Shown: positions 10,416-20,565 of the stretch, piece after piece
How the letters are laid out: every line of letters begins with the position of its first letter
How positions within the stretch are numbered: the stretch's first letter is position 1
Assembly: GCA_965277285.1 (NCBI GenBank)
Contig: OZ255721.1
Span: forward strand, 2,208,001-2,272,000
DNA from: Abditibacteriaceae bacterium
GTDB lineage: Bacteria; Armatimonadota; Abditibacteriia; Abditibacteriales; Abditibacteriaceae
Reading direction: 5' to 3'
DNA: 64,000 nucleotides
Program-made: the position numbers and the translations under genes
Notes under the pieces: generated by a model
Seen by the model: the letters and a program-made list of their open reading frames with translations, nothing else
Databases searched by the model: none
Told to the model about the DNA's origin: nothing

Positions 10416-10584
10416 ATGCGGAAGAACGCGCTGACTTTGTAATTTTTCGTATCCTGTTTAAGAGAATAGAAGGTGAAGAAACAAAGGCGCGCTTGAATAC
10501 TCAAATCGAGTACTCGAATTGCGGCGGCTTAGATTTTACGGCTGTGATTGAGGGTTGGCGATTGAGATTTGACAAAGGGGAATT

Positions 10585-11709
10585 ATGGCTTTCGATTTGG
10601 ATGGATTGTTGCAATTTGCAGTTAAAAATAACGTGTCGGACATTTTCCTTAAAACAGCGACGCCGCCGACGGTGCGTTTGAATGGTGCTTGCAAGCAGCT
10701 TAACCATCCCGCTTTGACCAACGAAGAAATCGAAGCGGCGATGCAGCGCATCATGCACGGCGATCAGTGGGCGAAGTTTCAGGAAAACCCGGACGCCGAC
10801 TTGTCTTATGTGATTCCCAACGTTTCGCGTTTTCGCGTCAACGCTTACCGCGAGCGTGGCGGCGCAGCGATGGTTTTGCGCGTCGTGCAAATGAAAATTC
10901 GCCAGTTCAGCGAACTGGGTTTGCCGCCTGTTTTAGCCGATTTCACGCGCCACCGCGACGGCTTGGTTCTTATCACTGGCCCGACGGGAAGCGGCAAATC
11001 GACCACGCTGGCCGCCATGATCGACCTCATCAATCAGGAAAAACGCGATCATATCGTAACGATTGAAGACCCGATTGAATACGTTCATCCCGACAAAAAC
11101 TCGATTGTCTCGCAGCGCGAAATCGGCATGGATACCAGAAACTTCGGTGCCGCTTTGCGCGCCAGCCTGCGCGAAGCGCCGGATGTGATTTTGGTCGGCG
11201 AGTTGCGCGACCAGGAAACGATGGCGATTTGTTTACAGGCGGCGGAAACCGGTCACCTTGTGATGAGTACTCTTCATACGGCGTCCGCTGCGGAAAGCAT
11301 GGAGCGCATGCTTTCGATGTTCCAGCCGCACGAGAAAGCGCTCGTTCAAACGCGCTTGAGCAAAACCTTGCGCGCTATCGTGTCGCAAAAATTGGTGCCG
11401 ACAATTGATGGCAAAGGTCGCGTTTGCGCGCTCGAGATATTAAATGTTTCGCCAACTGTGGCACAATATGTCGAAGAAGGGCGTACCGGACAGATTTATC
11501 AGGCAATCAAAGAAGGCGCCAGCCAGTGGCAAATGCAGACCATGAACATGGCGCTGGACAAGTTTTATAAAGCGGGCCAGATTTCACACGAGCAGGCTTT
11601 GGATCAATCGAGCCACCGTTCCGAACTGCGCCAAATGTTGCGCCTGACCGATAAAGCTCCCGTTACAGCCGCAGACGAAACCGAAGAGACCGAAGACAGC
11701 GAGGAATAA
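10585..11709 (+). CDS. PilT/PilU-family type IV pilus retraction ATPase (PilU-like)
   Basis: GPTGSGKSTT, TIEDPIE, GELRD, STLHT; AIRNLIRE motif degenerate (TVAQYVEEG). Confidence 0.9.
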   Translation: MAFDLDGLLQFAVKNNVSDIFLKTATPPTVRLNGACKQLNHPALTNEEIEAAMQRIMHGDQWAKFQENPDADLSYVIPNVSRFRVNAYRERGGAAMVLRVVQMKIRQFSELGLPPVLADFTRHRDGLVLITGPTGSGKSTTLAAMIDLINQEKRDHIVTIEDPIEYVHPDKNSIVSQREIGMDTRNFGAALRASLREAPDVILVGELRDQETMAICLQAAETGHLVMSTLHTASAAESMERMLSMFQPHEKALVQTRLSKTLRAIVSQKLVPTIDGKGRVCALEILNVSPTVAQYVEEGRTGQIYQAIKEGASQWQMQTMNMALDKFYKAGQISHEQALDQSSHRSELRQMLRLTDKAPVTAADETEETEDSEE

Positions 11710-11873
11710 TCACCAAAACTTAGGTTCAACTTCGCGCCCAGCGTCAGCACAATAAAGTTGGCATGACCAGCGTTGAGTAACCGACACGATTTTCCGGATT
11801 GTTCCGTGGTAGCAGCATATTTCGAGTACTGGAAAGGGATTCGCTCCCCGTCGAGCGAAAAGGCGGGCGTTTT

Positions 11874-13394
11874 TTGGCTCAACTCGATCAGATTATTGCG
11901 CATCTCGCGCAACGCAACATGGATCGCGCCGTTTTGTGCAGCGACGAACCGATGCACTTTTTTCATGGAATGCAAGATTATTCCGGGCCGGTTTTAACGG
12001 CGCAGCAGGTTCGCAGCATCGCTCAGGACGGCACGCCGCCGGTTCTCAAGCCGCAACTCGCCTACGACAATTCGTTTCATTTTCCCTACCAGTCGCCGCA
12101 CGGCACCTTCGATGTCACCATTACGCGCCGCGACGCCAACCTCAAAATCGTCGTCTCGCAGCCACAAAACCAAAACGCCGCTTCAACTGCATCGCCGCCA
12201 GATGCTGCCGCTTCAAATCCGTCAACGGATGTGGTTCCTGAAACAATTCCGGTTCCGATGACATTGCAAAACGCCGCTCCGCCAGTTGCCGCCGCGAAAC
12301 AGCCTTTGCATCACATGGACGAACTGTTTCATCTCATGGAAAAATTGGGCGCCAGCGATTTGCATTTGTCCTCCAGCGAAGTGCCGATGATGCGCGTTCA
12401 AGGCACCATGCGCAAGTTCAACGAGTACTCGATTCTCGAATCGGAAGCGTTGCAGCGTTTGTTGTTTCAAATCACGCCGCGCCGCAACCAGGAAGAATGG
12501 CAGCACGCGCACGATACCGATTTTTCTTATGAAGTTCCCGTTGTCGGGCGTTTCCGCTGCAACCTTTTCGCGGACAGGCACGGCATCGGCGGCGTTTTTC
12601 GCTTGATTCCCTCGAAAATTAAAACGGTGCAAGATTTGTCTTTGCCCAAAGCGATGACCGATTTTTGTTTTCTTTCCAAAGGCTTGATCGTTGTCACTGG
12701 CCCGACGGGAAGCGGCAAATCGACCACTTTGGCGGCGCTCATCGATCACATCAACAAAAACCGCACTGATCACATCGTGACGGTGGAAGATCCGGTCGAA
12801 TTTGTCCATGAAAATATCAAGTGCTTAATTAATCAGCGCGAAGTTCACGTCAATACCGATTCGTTCGCGGCAGCTTTGCGCGCCAGTCTGCGCGAAGATC
12901 CCGACATCGTAATGGTCGGCGAAATGCGCGATCTGGAAACCACGCGACGCGCCATCGAAGCGGCGGAAACCGGACACTTAGTTTTTGGCACGCTGCACAC
13001 GTCGAGCGCCGCCTCGACGGTTGACCGCATCATCGACCAGTTTCCCGCCGAAGAACAAGCGCAAATTCGCGTCATGTTGTCGGAAACCTTGAAAGGCGTC
13101 GTCGCGCAAACTCTTTTGCGCACCAAAGACGGACAACGCGTCGTCGCCTTTGAACTGCTGTTGGTTCCAACGTCGGTTTCCAACCTGATCCGCGAAGGCA
13201 AAACTTTTCAATTGCCCTCGCAAATTCAAATCGGCAAAAATCTGGGCATGATGACGATGAACGACTCGATTCTAATTCACGTTAAAAGCGGGCGCGTCGA
13301 TGCGCAGGAAGGTTACCTCAAAGCCGTCGACAAAAATGGCTTGCTGTCGTCCTTCGAGGCCAACGGCATTCCCCTGCCCAGCGGCCTCGCCTGA
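11874..13394 (+). CDS. pilT: PilT-family ATPase with extra N-terminal domain
   Basis: GASDLHLS, GPTGSGKSTT, GEMRD, GTLHT, VSNLIREGK; start uncertain (ORF open from 11799). Confidence 0.88.
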   Translation: MAQLDQIIAHLAQRNMDRAVLCSDEPMHFFHGMQDYSGPVLTAQQVRSIAQDGTPPVLKPQLAYDNSFHFPYQSPHGTFDVTITRRDANLKIVVSQPQNQNAASTASPPDAAASNPSTDVVPETIPVPMTLQNAAPPVAAAKQPLHHMDELFHLMEKLGASDLHLSSSEVPMMRVQGTMRKFNEYSILESEALQRLLFQITPRRNQEEWQHAHDTDFSYEVPVVGRFRCNLFADRHGIGGVFRLIPSKIKTVQDLSLPKAMTDFCFLSKGLIVVTGPTGSGKSTTLAALIDHINKNRTDHIVTVEDPVEFVHENIKCLINQREVHVNTDSFAAALRASLREDPDIVMVGEMRDLETTRRAIEAAETGHLVFGTLHTSSAASTVDRIIDQFPAEEQAQIRVMLSETLKGVVAQTLLRTKDGQRVVAFELLLVPTSVSNLIREGKTFQLPSQIQIGKNLGMMTMNDSILIHVKSGRVDAQEGYLKAVDKNGLLSSFEANGIPLPSGLA

Positions 13395-13440
13395 TTGATT
13401 GCGCCTTTCGAGTAGGGGAATCGAGTACTCGATACAGGAT

Positions 13441-13482
13441 AAAACCCGCGCTTCAGCCTTCAAAAAGCGCGGGTTTTGCTTT
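13441..13482 (+). terminator. Probable intrinsic terminator
   Basis: AAAACCCGCGCTT...AAGCGCGGGTTTTGCTTT after pilT. Confidence 0.7.
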
Positions 13483-13638
13483 GTCTTCAAGCGAAAAGGC
13501 CAAAGATGTGCGACGAGTGACTTTTGATTTTCTCGCGTCTTTTGTCAAGATTGTTAAGATTTGCGCCGCGCCAATTTGAGCGCGGTAAAATAAGGGTCGG
13601 TCTCATCAAGAAAAGTCACATTTCAGGAGAAAAACTCC

Positions 13639-15441
13639 ATGAGCAATTTTAGTTTCAAAGACGACGATGACGATTTGAGTGCTTTGCCCTCGGTCGATGA
13701 ATCGTTGCCAGCCGCTTCGCCAAAACCTACGCCTTCCAAAGCTGTGCCGCCAAAAGCTACGCCGCCTCAAAAGGCGAGTGTGGCCAAAAGCGTCGCATCG
13801 CCTACGGCACCATCAGTTCCCACGCCAAAGGCGCCGCTGCCCAAAGTGCCGCTTCCAACAACTCCAAAGCCGACGGCTCCAACGCCGCAAGTTGCGTTGC
13901 CCAGCGTGCCAGTAGCTAAAGCACCTTCGCCTGTTGCGCCAACGACGCCCGCTGCGCCATTACCTGCAAGCGCCGCGCGTTCTGTCGCACCCGCATCCGG
14001 AACAGCGGCGAGACCCGCGCCAGGCGCTGCACCTCCACGTCCTTCAACGCCGCCAGGCGCTGCAACGTCAGGCACACCGACGGCGCGCACTGCTGCGAAT
14101 ACGGGCGGCGCGGCACCTGCCAGAACGCCTGCGCCTTCGCCAGCCGCGCCGCCTAAAGTTGCAACGCCGCCTGCGCCAACCCTTCCGCCGACAGCATCCA
14201 GCGCGGCGCGTCCGGTTGCCGCGCGCCCAACGACAGGAAGTACGGCGCCTAAAGCGGCAACAAGCGCGGCGCCCTTACCAGCGTTGACGGATGAAGGATT
14301 GAGTGGCGAATTGGCGCATCGTCAGACGAAGCTTTCGGCGAAACCGCAAGTTAAAAACGTCCACCAATCGGCCTTGAGTCGAGTACTCGATACCCTCACG
14401 CCAGTCGCGGTTTGGCTTCTGCGCGCGGCAGCGGTTTTGGGCGGCTTAGCGCTGCTGTACATAATTTATGGAGTGGTCAGCGGAGCGTTGACGCAAGGTG
14501 GCGAAGACCCGCGCATTATCAGCAACATCGCCACTGCTGGAGGAGTTTTGCGCTGGGCGTTATTGGGCGCCGCGTTGGGCATCTTCATTTTGATGTGGGA
14601 CGACCGTATCACCGGAATTTTGACAGTGATTTTAGGTCTGGCGCTTTATTTTGGAGCTGTACCTTTGCTGGGCGCAGTGGGCCGGACAACCGCGATCTGG
14701 ACGCTGGCCAACCAACTCAGCATTGGTGGCCACGCGCTGGCAGCGTTGGGTTTGGCGAAATGCGTTTGCGATTTGGCGGGCTGGGTTATCGAACTGCCCG
14801 AACGAATGCGCGTGCGCGCCGATGTGGGCGTGGCGCAACAAGCCGAGCCGCGACAACAACGCGAAGCGCAAAACGCCAATATGTTTTCGCCGTGCTGGAA
14901 ATTGCCGTTTTGCCGCGAAGTGATTCGCAAGCAATGTCCGGCATTTATAGCGAAAACGACGTGCTGGAAGTTTGGGCGCGGCTGCTATTGCGACGAAGAA
15001 ATGATTTCGCGCATCATTCGCGGCGAATCGATGGACAACGTGAAAGCGCCAACACGCATGAGCCGCCAGGGAAAACCACCGTGTCATCGCTGCTACATCT
15101 TCCTGGAACATCAAGGCTTGAAGTATCGCATCGCCAGCCCATTGGCGGTTCCCGCGACCATTGCGATCATGTATTTCGGCTGGCCAGTTTATGTGGGACT
15201 AACCGGAAAAATCGGCGGTTCTCTGCAATGGTTGTGGGACAGATTGGCGTTTCACGGCACGACCGCAGTCACTGATGTCACCAGCAAAATTGCGGATCAG
15301 GCCGCCAAAGCGCCGTCAACTCTTTCGCCCGAACAAGTGCAACACGCCGCGCAAACCATGTTCGGCGTGCTGATCGGCTTTTACGTGCTGATCATGATTT
15401 CTAAAGGCATCGAATGGGCAATTTACAAAGCCCGTTGGTAA
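13639..15441 (+). CDS. Membrane protein with Pro/Ala-rich N-terminus and Cys-rich (two-CW-like) domain
   Basis: AGGAG RBS; TM helices; CWKLPFC...CPAF...CWKFGRGCYC...CHRC. Confidence 0.8.
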   Translation: MSNFSFKDDDDDLSALPSVDESLPAASPKPTPSKAVPPKATPPQKASVAKSVASPTAPSVPTPKAPLPKVPLPTTPKPTAPTPQVALPSVPVAKAPSPVAPTTPAAPLPASAARSVAPASGTAARPAPGAAPPRPSTPPGAATSGTPTARTAANTGGAAPARTPAPSPAAPPKVATPPAPTLPPTASSAARPVAARPTTGSTAPKAATSAAPLPALTDEGLSGELAHRQTKLSAKPQVKNVHQSALSRVLDTLTPVAVWLLRAAAVLGGLALLYIIYGVVSGALTQGGEDPRIISNIATAGGVLRWALLGAALGIFILMWDDRITGILTVILGLALYFGAVPLLGAVGRTTAIWTLANQLSIGGHALAALGLAKCVCDLAGWVIELPERMRVRADVGVAQQAEPRQQREAQNANMFSPCWKLPFCREVIRKQCPAFIAKTTCWKFGRGCYCDEEMISRIIRGESMDNVKAPTRMSRQGKPPCHRCYIFLEHQGLKYRIASPLAVPATIAIMYFGWPVYVGLTGKIGGSLQWLWDRLAFHGTTAVTDVTSKIADQAAKAPSTLSPEQVQHAAQTMFGVLIGFYVLIMISKGIEWAIYKARW

Positions 15442-15624
15442 GTACCTGTGGCAAATGTCTGCAACTAAAAAGAACGAGTACTCAAATCGAGTACTCGTTC
15501 TTTCTTTGTTTTACACGTTGTTTCCGCAGGCAAAAATTGACAGGCAAAAATCGAGACGGCGCAGCGCACTTTCAGTTTGCTTTACGTGCGAATTAGCCCA
15601 GAGAAAGTACAAAGAACCATCAAA

Positions 15625-15706
15625 GTGGCAGTTTGTCATTCTAAGCGCAGTGAAGAATCTAACTGTAACCAGATTCTTCACTGCGCTCAGAATGACAAAC
15701 TGCCAC
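15625..15706. repeat. REP-like inverted repeat, family A
   Basis: 36-bp arms GTGGCAGTTTGTCATTCTAAGCGCAGTGAAGAATCT / AGATTCTTCACTGCGCTCAGAATGACAAACTGCCAC; other copies at about 19909-20030 and 51174-51235. Confidence 0.8.
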
Positions 15707-15826
15707 CTTGCAACGTTGTTTTTTACTTTGCAAAGTGATTCTTAGGGCGACATACTGAAGTTCCTATCGACCTTACGGAAGCGACCAATGGCTTTAAAAC
15801 TTTGCCGAGATAGCTGAAAGGCAGCG

Positions 15827-16756
15827 TTATTTGACCTCGATTTGGAACAATTTTGGCCATAGTTTTCCCGTCACGAAGATACGTTTGCGCGCCGCGTCGT
15901 AGGCGATTCCGTTCAAAACGTCTTCGCCACCGTTACGCGCGTCGCGTGGCAAAATTCCCGTCAAGTCGAGATAGGAAACGACGCGTCCGTTCTGCGGATT
16001 GATCTGCACGATGGTATCGGTGCGCCACACGTTCGCCCAGATTTTGCCGTTGATCCATTCCAGTTCGTTGAGTTGCGTCAGAGGCGCGCCATTTTGCGTC
16101 ACACGAATGGTGCGCATTGGCGCGAATGTTTTGGTGTCGCGGAAAGTGATGATGTCGCTGCCGTTGCTCATCACAAAACTTTGTCCGTCGAAAGTCAAGC
16201 CCCAGCCTTCGCCCTGATATTGCCATTCGCCTAAAGGCTTCAGCGTCGCGCGGTCGTAAATAAAGGCGCGCCCGTCCTGCCACGACAATTGCACCAGCTT
16301 GTTGTTGGCCAGTGCCAAACCTTCGCCAAAAATCGCGGGATCATCGTCGTGCTCTTCGAGTACTCGACCCGCCGGAAAAGCGACGCGGCGAACATCGGAA
16401 TGACCTTGCAAACCCGTGCTTTCGTAAAACGAGTTGTCGCTCCACAGCAAACCTTCGGTGAAAGCGCTCGTATCGTGCGCATAAGTCCCTACAATTTTGT
16501 AACTCAAACGTCGCGCCAAAGGCTCAATTGTGGACGTTGCAATCGCGTTATTCGCCAGCGCGCTGTCCGTTGCGTTTGTCGTAACAAGACGAACCGAGCG
16601 CGACGCGACATTTGTGTGCGCGATATTGTGGTGCGGTTGGGCGTGGAAGGATCGGCGAAAACCAAAGCCGCCAAGAGCGACGGCAGAAAGGGAAAAGACG
16701 GCGCAGGCGACGATTTTCTGGTGGCGAAGAAAAGATTTAGGAGAATGAAAATTCAT
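15827..16756 (-). CDS. Glutaminyl-peptide cyclotransferase (plant/bacterial type)
   Basis: AFTEGL, YESTG, FGEG, EGWGLT, LNELEW, VLNGIAYD, TGKLWP. Confidence 0.93.
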   Translation of the reverse strand: MNFHSPKSFLRHQKIVACAVFSLSAVALGGFGFRRSFHAQPHHNIAHTNVASRSVRLVTTNATDSALANNAIATSTIEPLARRLSYKIVGTYAHDTSAFTEGLLWSDNSFYESTGLQGHSDVRRVAFPAGRVLEEHDDDPAIFGEGLALANNKLVQLSWQDGRAFIYDRATLKPLGEWQYQGEGWGLTFDGQSFVMSNGSDIITFRDTKTFAPMRTIRVTQNGAPLTQLNELEWINGKIWANVWRTDTIVQINPQNGRVVSYLDLTGILPRDARNGGEDVLNGIAYDAARKRIFVTGKLWPKLFQIEVK

Positions 16757-16816
16757 AGCGGCGGCTTGGACATCTTGAAGTGTGACGTAGTTTCAGTTAA
16801 TATAGAAAAGTCTTAT

Positions 16817-16894
16817 GGCGGGTGTAGCTCACCTGGTTAGAGCGCCAGTTTGTGGCACTGGAGGTAACGGGTTCAAGTCCCGTCACTCGCCCCA
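16817..16894 (+). tRNA. tRNA-His (GUG)
   Basis: G(-1), acceptor stem GCGGGTG/CACTCGC, anticodon arm CCAGT-TTGTGGC-ACTGG, GGTTCAAGTCC T-loop, discriminator C, encoded CCA. Confidence 0.95.
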
Positions 16895-16901
16895 GCTTTT
16901 T

Positions 16902-16948
16902 AGATCCCCAGCGTGAACTTGCAAATTCACGCTGGGGATCTTCGTTTT
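16902..16948 (+). terminator. Intrinsic terminator after tRNA-His
   Basis: AGATCCCCAGCGTGAA...TTCACGCTGGGGATCT followed by T-rich tract. Confidence 0.75.
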
Positions 16949-17051
16949 CCCGTCTTATATCCGCTTAACTCGAAGTGCGAAATGCACTTTCTTTTTCTCT
17001 TAATCCCTTGTCTTTGAAACACAAAACGTCGTTATTATGACTAATTGTGTC

Positions 17052-17090
17052 AAAAGAGCGTTCAACGAACCATCCGTTGAACGCTCTTTT
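17052..17090. terminator. Bidirectional-type hairpin terminator
   Basis: AAAAGAGCGTTCAACG-AACCATC-CGTTGAACGCTCTTTT. Confidence 0.65.
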
Positions 17091-17202
17091 CTTGTTCTTT
17101 CAACCGTGCATTTTCTTTTGTGACTTCACTATTTTTTTTGGACCAAGGGCTGCTTCCAATTACCGCAGCCAGCTTGCGCTCCGTCGAGTTCGGTGAACGA
17201 AG

Positions 17203-18789
17203 TTATTTCGCGTGCCCGACATAAACCTGATAAGCCCAGGGTGCGAGCTTGAAGGATGGCGAAGCGTCGAGCTTGATGAGGCGCTTGCCAAACCAGTCGG
17301 TGTAGTCACCTGCCAGAGAAACATTCGCTGCGGAAGCATTGGCGGAAGCATTGGCGGAAGAAGCGTCGTTCAAGGTGACCGCTTGCGCTTGGTCGCTCAA
17401 GTTGACCACAACCAGTACTCGATTCTGCCCCCTTTGTCCGCTTTCTGCGCTTTCTGCGCTTTCTGCGCTTTGCCGCACAAAAGCATACACCTTGTCATCG
17501 TGGTTCGACACGATCTTGGTGAAACTCCCTTGAACAACCGCGGGCTGCTCTTGATAAAGCTGCAACAAGCGGCTGTAGAACCCCCACACCGGAGAACTCA
17601 GGCGCGCTTCAGCCTGTAGTGGAGGATTGACCTTGAGCAAGCTCATCTCCTGCCCGTTGTAGATCAACGGCTTGCCAGGCAACGTGGTGCACAACACCAT
17701 CAGCGGCGCCACTTGGGGCACGCCCTGGCTGATGTCGATGGCGGCTCCCGTGCCCCAGCCCCAGTCGGCATGAGGGTGCCAATCGTGGTTATCCAGGAAA
17801 CGCATCTGAATGGCACCCGCAGGATACATCGCGGCTTCCTTGCGCAGCTCATCGTCGATGTTTGAAGCGGGTTGATGTCCTGCACAGATCTGCCACAGAA
17901 TAGGTGGCAAGCTCCACTGATAGTTCATGTCGAAAGCTGGATGCACTTCGGGGTTGTCCGCTTCAGCCAGCATGAAGACCGGCTTGAGCGCGTTCAACTG
18001 AGGACGCAGCCAGTTCCAGAACTCGACTGGCACGCGACCGTTGCTGCCCGCCACATCGCAGCGGAAGCCATCGATGCCAAAGGTGCGCACCCAGTAGCTC
18101 ATGTTGTCGCGCATGGTGTTCCACAAGGGCTGGTTCCACTGACCCGCTTTGCCATAATCGAGTTGCGCCACATCGCCCCAAGTATAAGCTTGCGCGATCT
18201 GACCTTTGGCGTCTTTGACGTAGAACTCGGGATGAGCCGTGATCAGCGCGTTGTCCCAGGCGGTATGATTGGGAACCCAGTCGAGCAGAACGTGCAAGCC
18301 CAAAGCGTGCGCTGTGTTCACCAGATGCTGAAAGTCGGCTTTGCTGCCAAGGTCGGGATTGACTTGCTGGTAGTCGCGCACCGAGTAAGGGCTGCCGAAG
18401 CCTTTCAAGTGGCCGCGCGGATAGATCGGCATCAGCCACAAAAGGCCCACACCCATCTTCTTCAAGACCGGCAAGTGCTGCTCGAACTGGCGCATCGCCT
18501 GGCCTTTGGTAAAACCATAAACGTCCCAGTTCACTTCGTAGATCGGCAAGTTCTTCGCCCACGATGGACCCGACATCGTCTTGGTCGTTAACGGGCCGTC
18601 AATTTTCAACGGCGGTTGCGGCGCTTTTGGCTTGGAGCTTCGCGCGAATATAACTTTGGGCCATGTCGCCTCCGATGTCTCGCCGGATGTATTTTCGCCC
18701 GAAGAACGCAGAAAATAAACGCCCAGCGCTGCCAGGCAAAACACCGCAAACAACCCAATTTTTAAAGTCCGAGGCGAGTTCTGATTCAT
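17203..18789 (-). CDS. GH13 alpha-amylase family glycoside hydrolase, N-terminally anchored
   Basis: DWVPNH, DGFRCDVA, MLAE, FLDNHD conserved regions. Confidence 0.92.
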   Translation of the reverse strand: MNQNSPRTLKIGLFAVFCLAALGVYFLRSSGENTSGETSEATWPKVIFARSSKPKAPQPPLKIDGPLTTKTMSGPSWAKNLPIYEVNWDVYGFTKGQAMRQFEQHLPVLKKMGVGLLWLMPIYPRGHLKGFGSPYSVRDYQQVNPDLGSKADFQHLVNTAHALGLHVLLDWVPNHTAWDNALITAHPEFYVKDAKGQIAQAYTWGDVAQLDYGKAGQWNQPLWNTMRDNMSYWVRTFGIDGFRCDVAGSNGRVPVEFWNWLRPQLNALKPVFMLAEADNPEVHPAFDMNYQWSLPPILWQICAGHQPASNIDDELRKEAAMYPAGAIQMRFLDNHDWHPHADWGWGTGAAIDISQGVPQVAPLMVLCTTLPGKPLIYNGQEMSLLKVNPPLQAEARLSSPVWGFYSRLLQLYQEQPAVVQGSFTKIVSNHDDKVYAFVRQSAESAESAESGQRGQNRVLVVVNLSDQAQAVTLNDASSANASANASAANVSLAGDYTDWFGKRLIKLDASPSFKLAPWAYQVYVGHAK

Positions 18790-18983
18790 TTTGTTCTCCT
18801 ACTCAACATTATAGTACAGCTTCATAGTACGACTTTCATCGGCAGGAAGATGGTAAGTGTGACAGTGCAAAACCTATCAACAGAACGCCAAAAGCAAGCA
18901 CACGACATCAGAAGCCTGAGAGAAGAAGCCGAACATGAGACTGGAACAGCACAGTTCCAACATCGAGTACTCGATGTTGGATT

Positions 18984-19733
18984 TTATTGTCCCTGGCCCA
19001 ATCGTTCGCCCAGGACGCGCGGCAAACCCGCCTGAAAAATGGCGTCGCGCGCGGCTGGCCAATCGTAATCAATGGCAAAAACGTCCACTGTTCGCGCACT
19101 CGAATCGAAAAGCGCGTAACGCGCCTGCGCATTGCCATCACGCGGTTGGCCGCACGAACCCGGATTAAGCAGATAACGCCATTCTTCTTCCATTTGCAAA
19201 CTGCCGCCGCGTTTCAACGGCGCATATTCCATTTGATAGCGCTTGCCCGGCACATCCAAGCAACGATAAGTATCGGCGACGTGCGTGTGGCCATAAAAAC
19301 ACAATTGGCGCTTCATCAAATGAATTGTTGCCTGCGCGATTTCGCGTCCCAAAATGTATTCTTCAATTGGCTGGCGCAGGCTGGCGTGAACGGCTTGAAA
19401 GTTGTCCTCCGCGTTGTCATAAGTCGGCGATAAACTGCCCAACCAGGCGCGATTTTCGAGGGAAAGCTGATCGCGCGTCCACAAGATCGCTTGCATTGCG
19501 ACCGGATTGAACCACGAAATATCAATTTTCCCCAGCGCCGCCGCATCGTGATTTCCCAGCAGGCAGGTCGCTTTCAAATCGCGCAGAATGTCGCAACAAT
19601 CATCGGGATGCGCGCCGTAACCAACGACATCGCCCAAACACAAAATTGCGTCATGTTCACCTGCCGCAGCACGTAGAACAGCTTCCAGGCCGAAACGATT
19701 GCCGTGAACATCCGAAAAAATAAGGGTGCGCAT
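18984..19733 (-). CDS. Metallophosphoesterase (calcineurin-like)
   Basis: SDVHGN, LGDVVGYG, GNHD, GHTH, NPGSCGQPRDG. Confidence 0.93.
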   Translation of the reverse strand: MRTLIFSDVHGNRFGLEAVLRAAAGEHDAILCLGDVVGYGAHPDDCCDILRDLKATCLLGNHDAAALGKIDISWFNPVAMQAILWTRDQLSLENRAWLGSLSPTYDNAEDNFQAVHASLRQPIEEYILGREIAQATIHLMKRQLCFYGHTHVADTYRCLDVPGKRYQMEYAPLKRGGSLQMEEEWRYLLNPGSCGQPRDGNAQARYALFDSSARTVDVFAIDYDWPAARDAIFQAGLPRVLGERLGQGQ

Positions 19734-19963
19734 AAACTCCTTTAACGTGCCAGAAAATAAAACCTGTTGTTATGCTGCCTGCAAGCGCTTGACACATAAT
19801 GGCGACGAGTTCTCAAAGTCAGTTTGTAAAGTAGAAAACACGGTTGGAAGGTGACAGTTTGTCATTTTGAGAAAGTCTATAGAAAGTCCGCGCAATGTTC
19901 CAAAACTCGTAGTTTGTCATTCTGAGCGCAGCGTAGAATCTAATTACAGGTAGATTCTTCGCT

Positions 19964-20015
19964 ACTGATACTTTCGAGCCTTTCCTGTTGCTTTTCGGCT
20001 TTCCTATACACCCTC
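19964..20015 (-). mobile_element. Isolated IS5-type end fragment inside a family-A repeat
   Basis: CTTTCCTATACACCCTC is the exact reverse complement of the left end of the IS at 50317. Confidence 0.65.
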
Positions 20016-20192
20016 TCAGAATGGCAAACTGGTAGTTTGAAGGCTTTTTGCTACTTTCACGACTTTTCATACAACCTCTGAGTCGCCGAATAATAAGCTT
20101 CCATTTTTATATCACGGACTTTTCAAGCTGGTTCTGAAAGCATTATCGAGTACTCGATTGTCTTGGCAACTCCTATGCAATATCAAAGGCAA

Positions 20193-20539
20193 TGGTGCAA
20201 CCTTTGGTGCAACCTTTGGTGCAACCTTTGGTGCAACCTTTGGTGCAACCTTTGGTGCAACCTTTGGTGCAACCTTTGGTGCAACCTTTGGTGCAACCTT
20301 TGGTGCAACCTTTGGTGCAACCTTTGGTGCAACCTTTGGTGCAACCTTTGGTGCAACCTTTGGTGCAACCTTTGGTGCAACCTTTGGTGCAACCTTTGGT
20401 GCAACCTTTGGTGCAACCTTTGGTGCAACCTTTGGTGCAACCTTTGGTGCAACCTTTGGTGCAACCTTTGGTGCAACCTTTGGTGCAACCTTTGGTGCAA
20501 CCTTTGGTGCAACCTTTGGTGCAACCTTTGGTGCAACCT
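20193..20539. repeat. Perfect 12-bp tandem repeat (TGGTGCAACCTT) x about 29
   Basis: 28 full units plus 11/12 of a unit, ending 26 bp upstream of the diguanylate cyclase ATG. Confidence 0.97.
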
Positions 20540-20565
20540 GAAGCGCCTTGCAAACGAGGGAAAGG

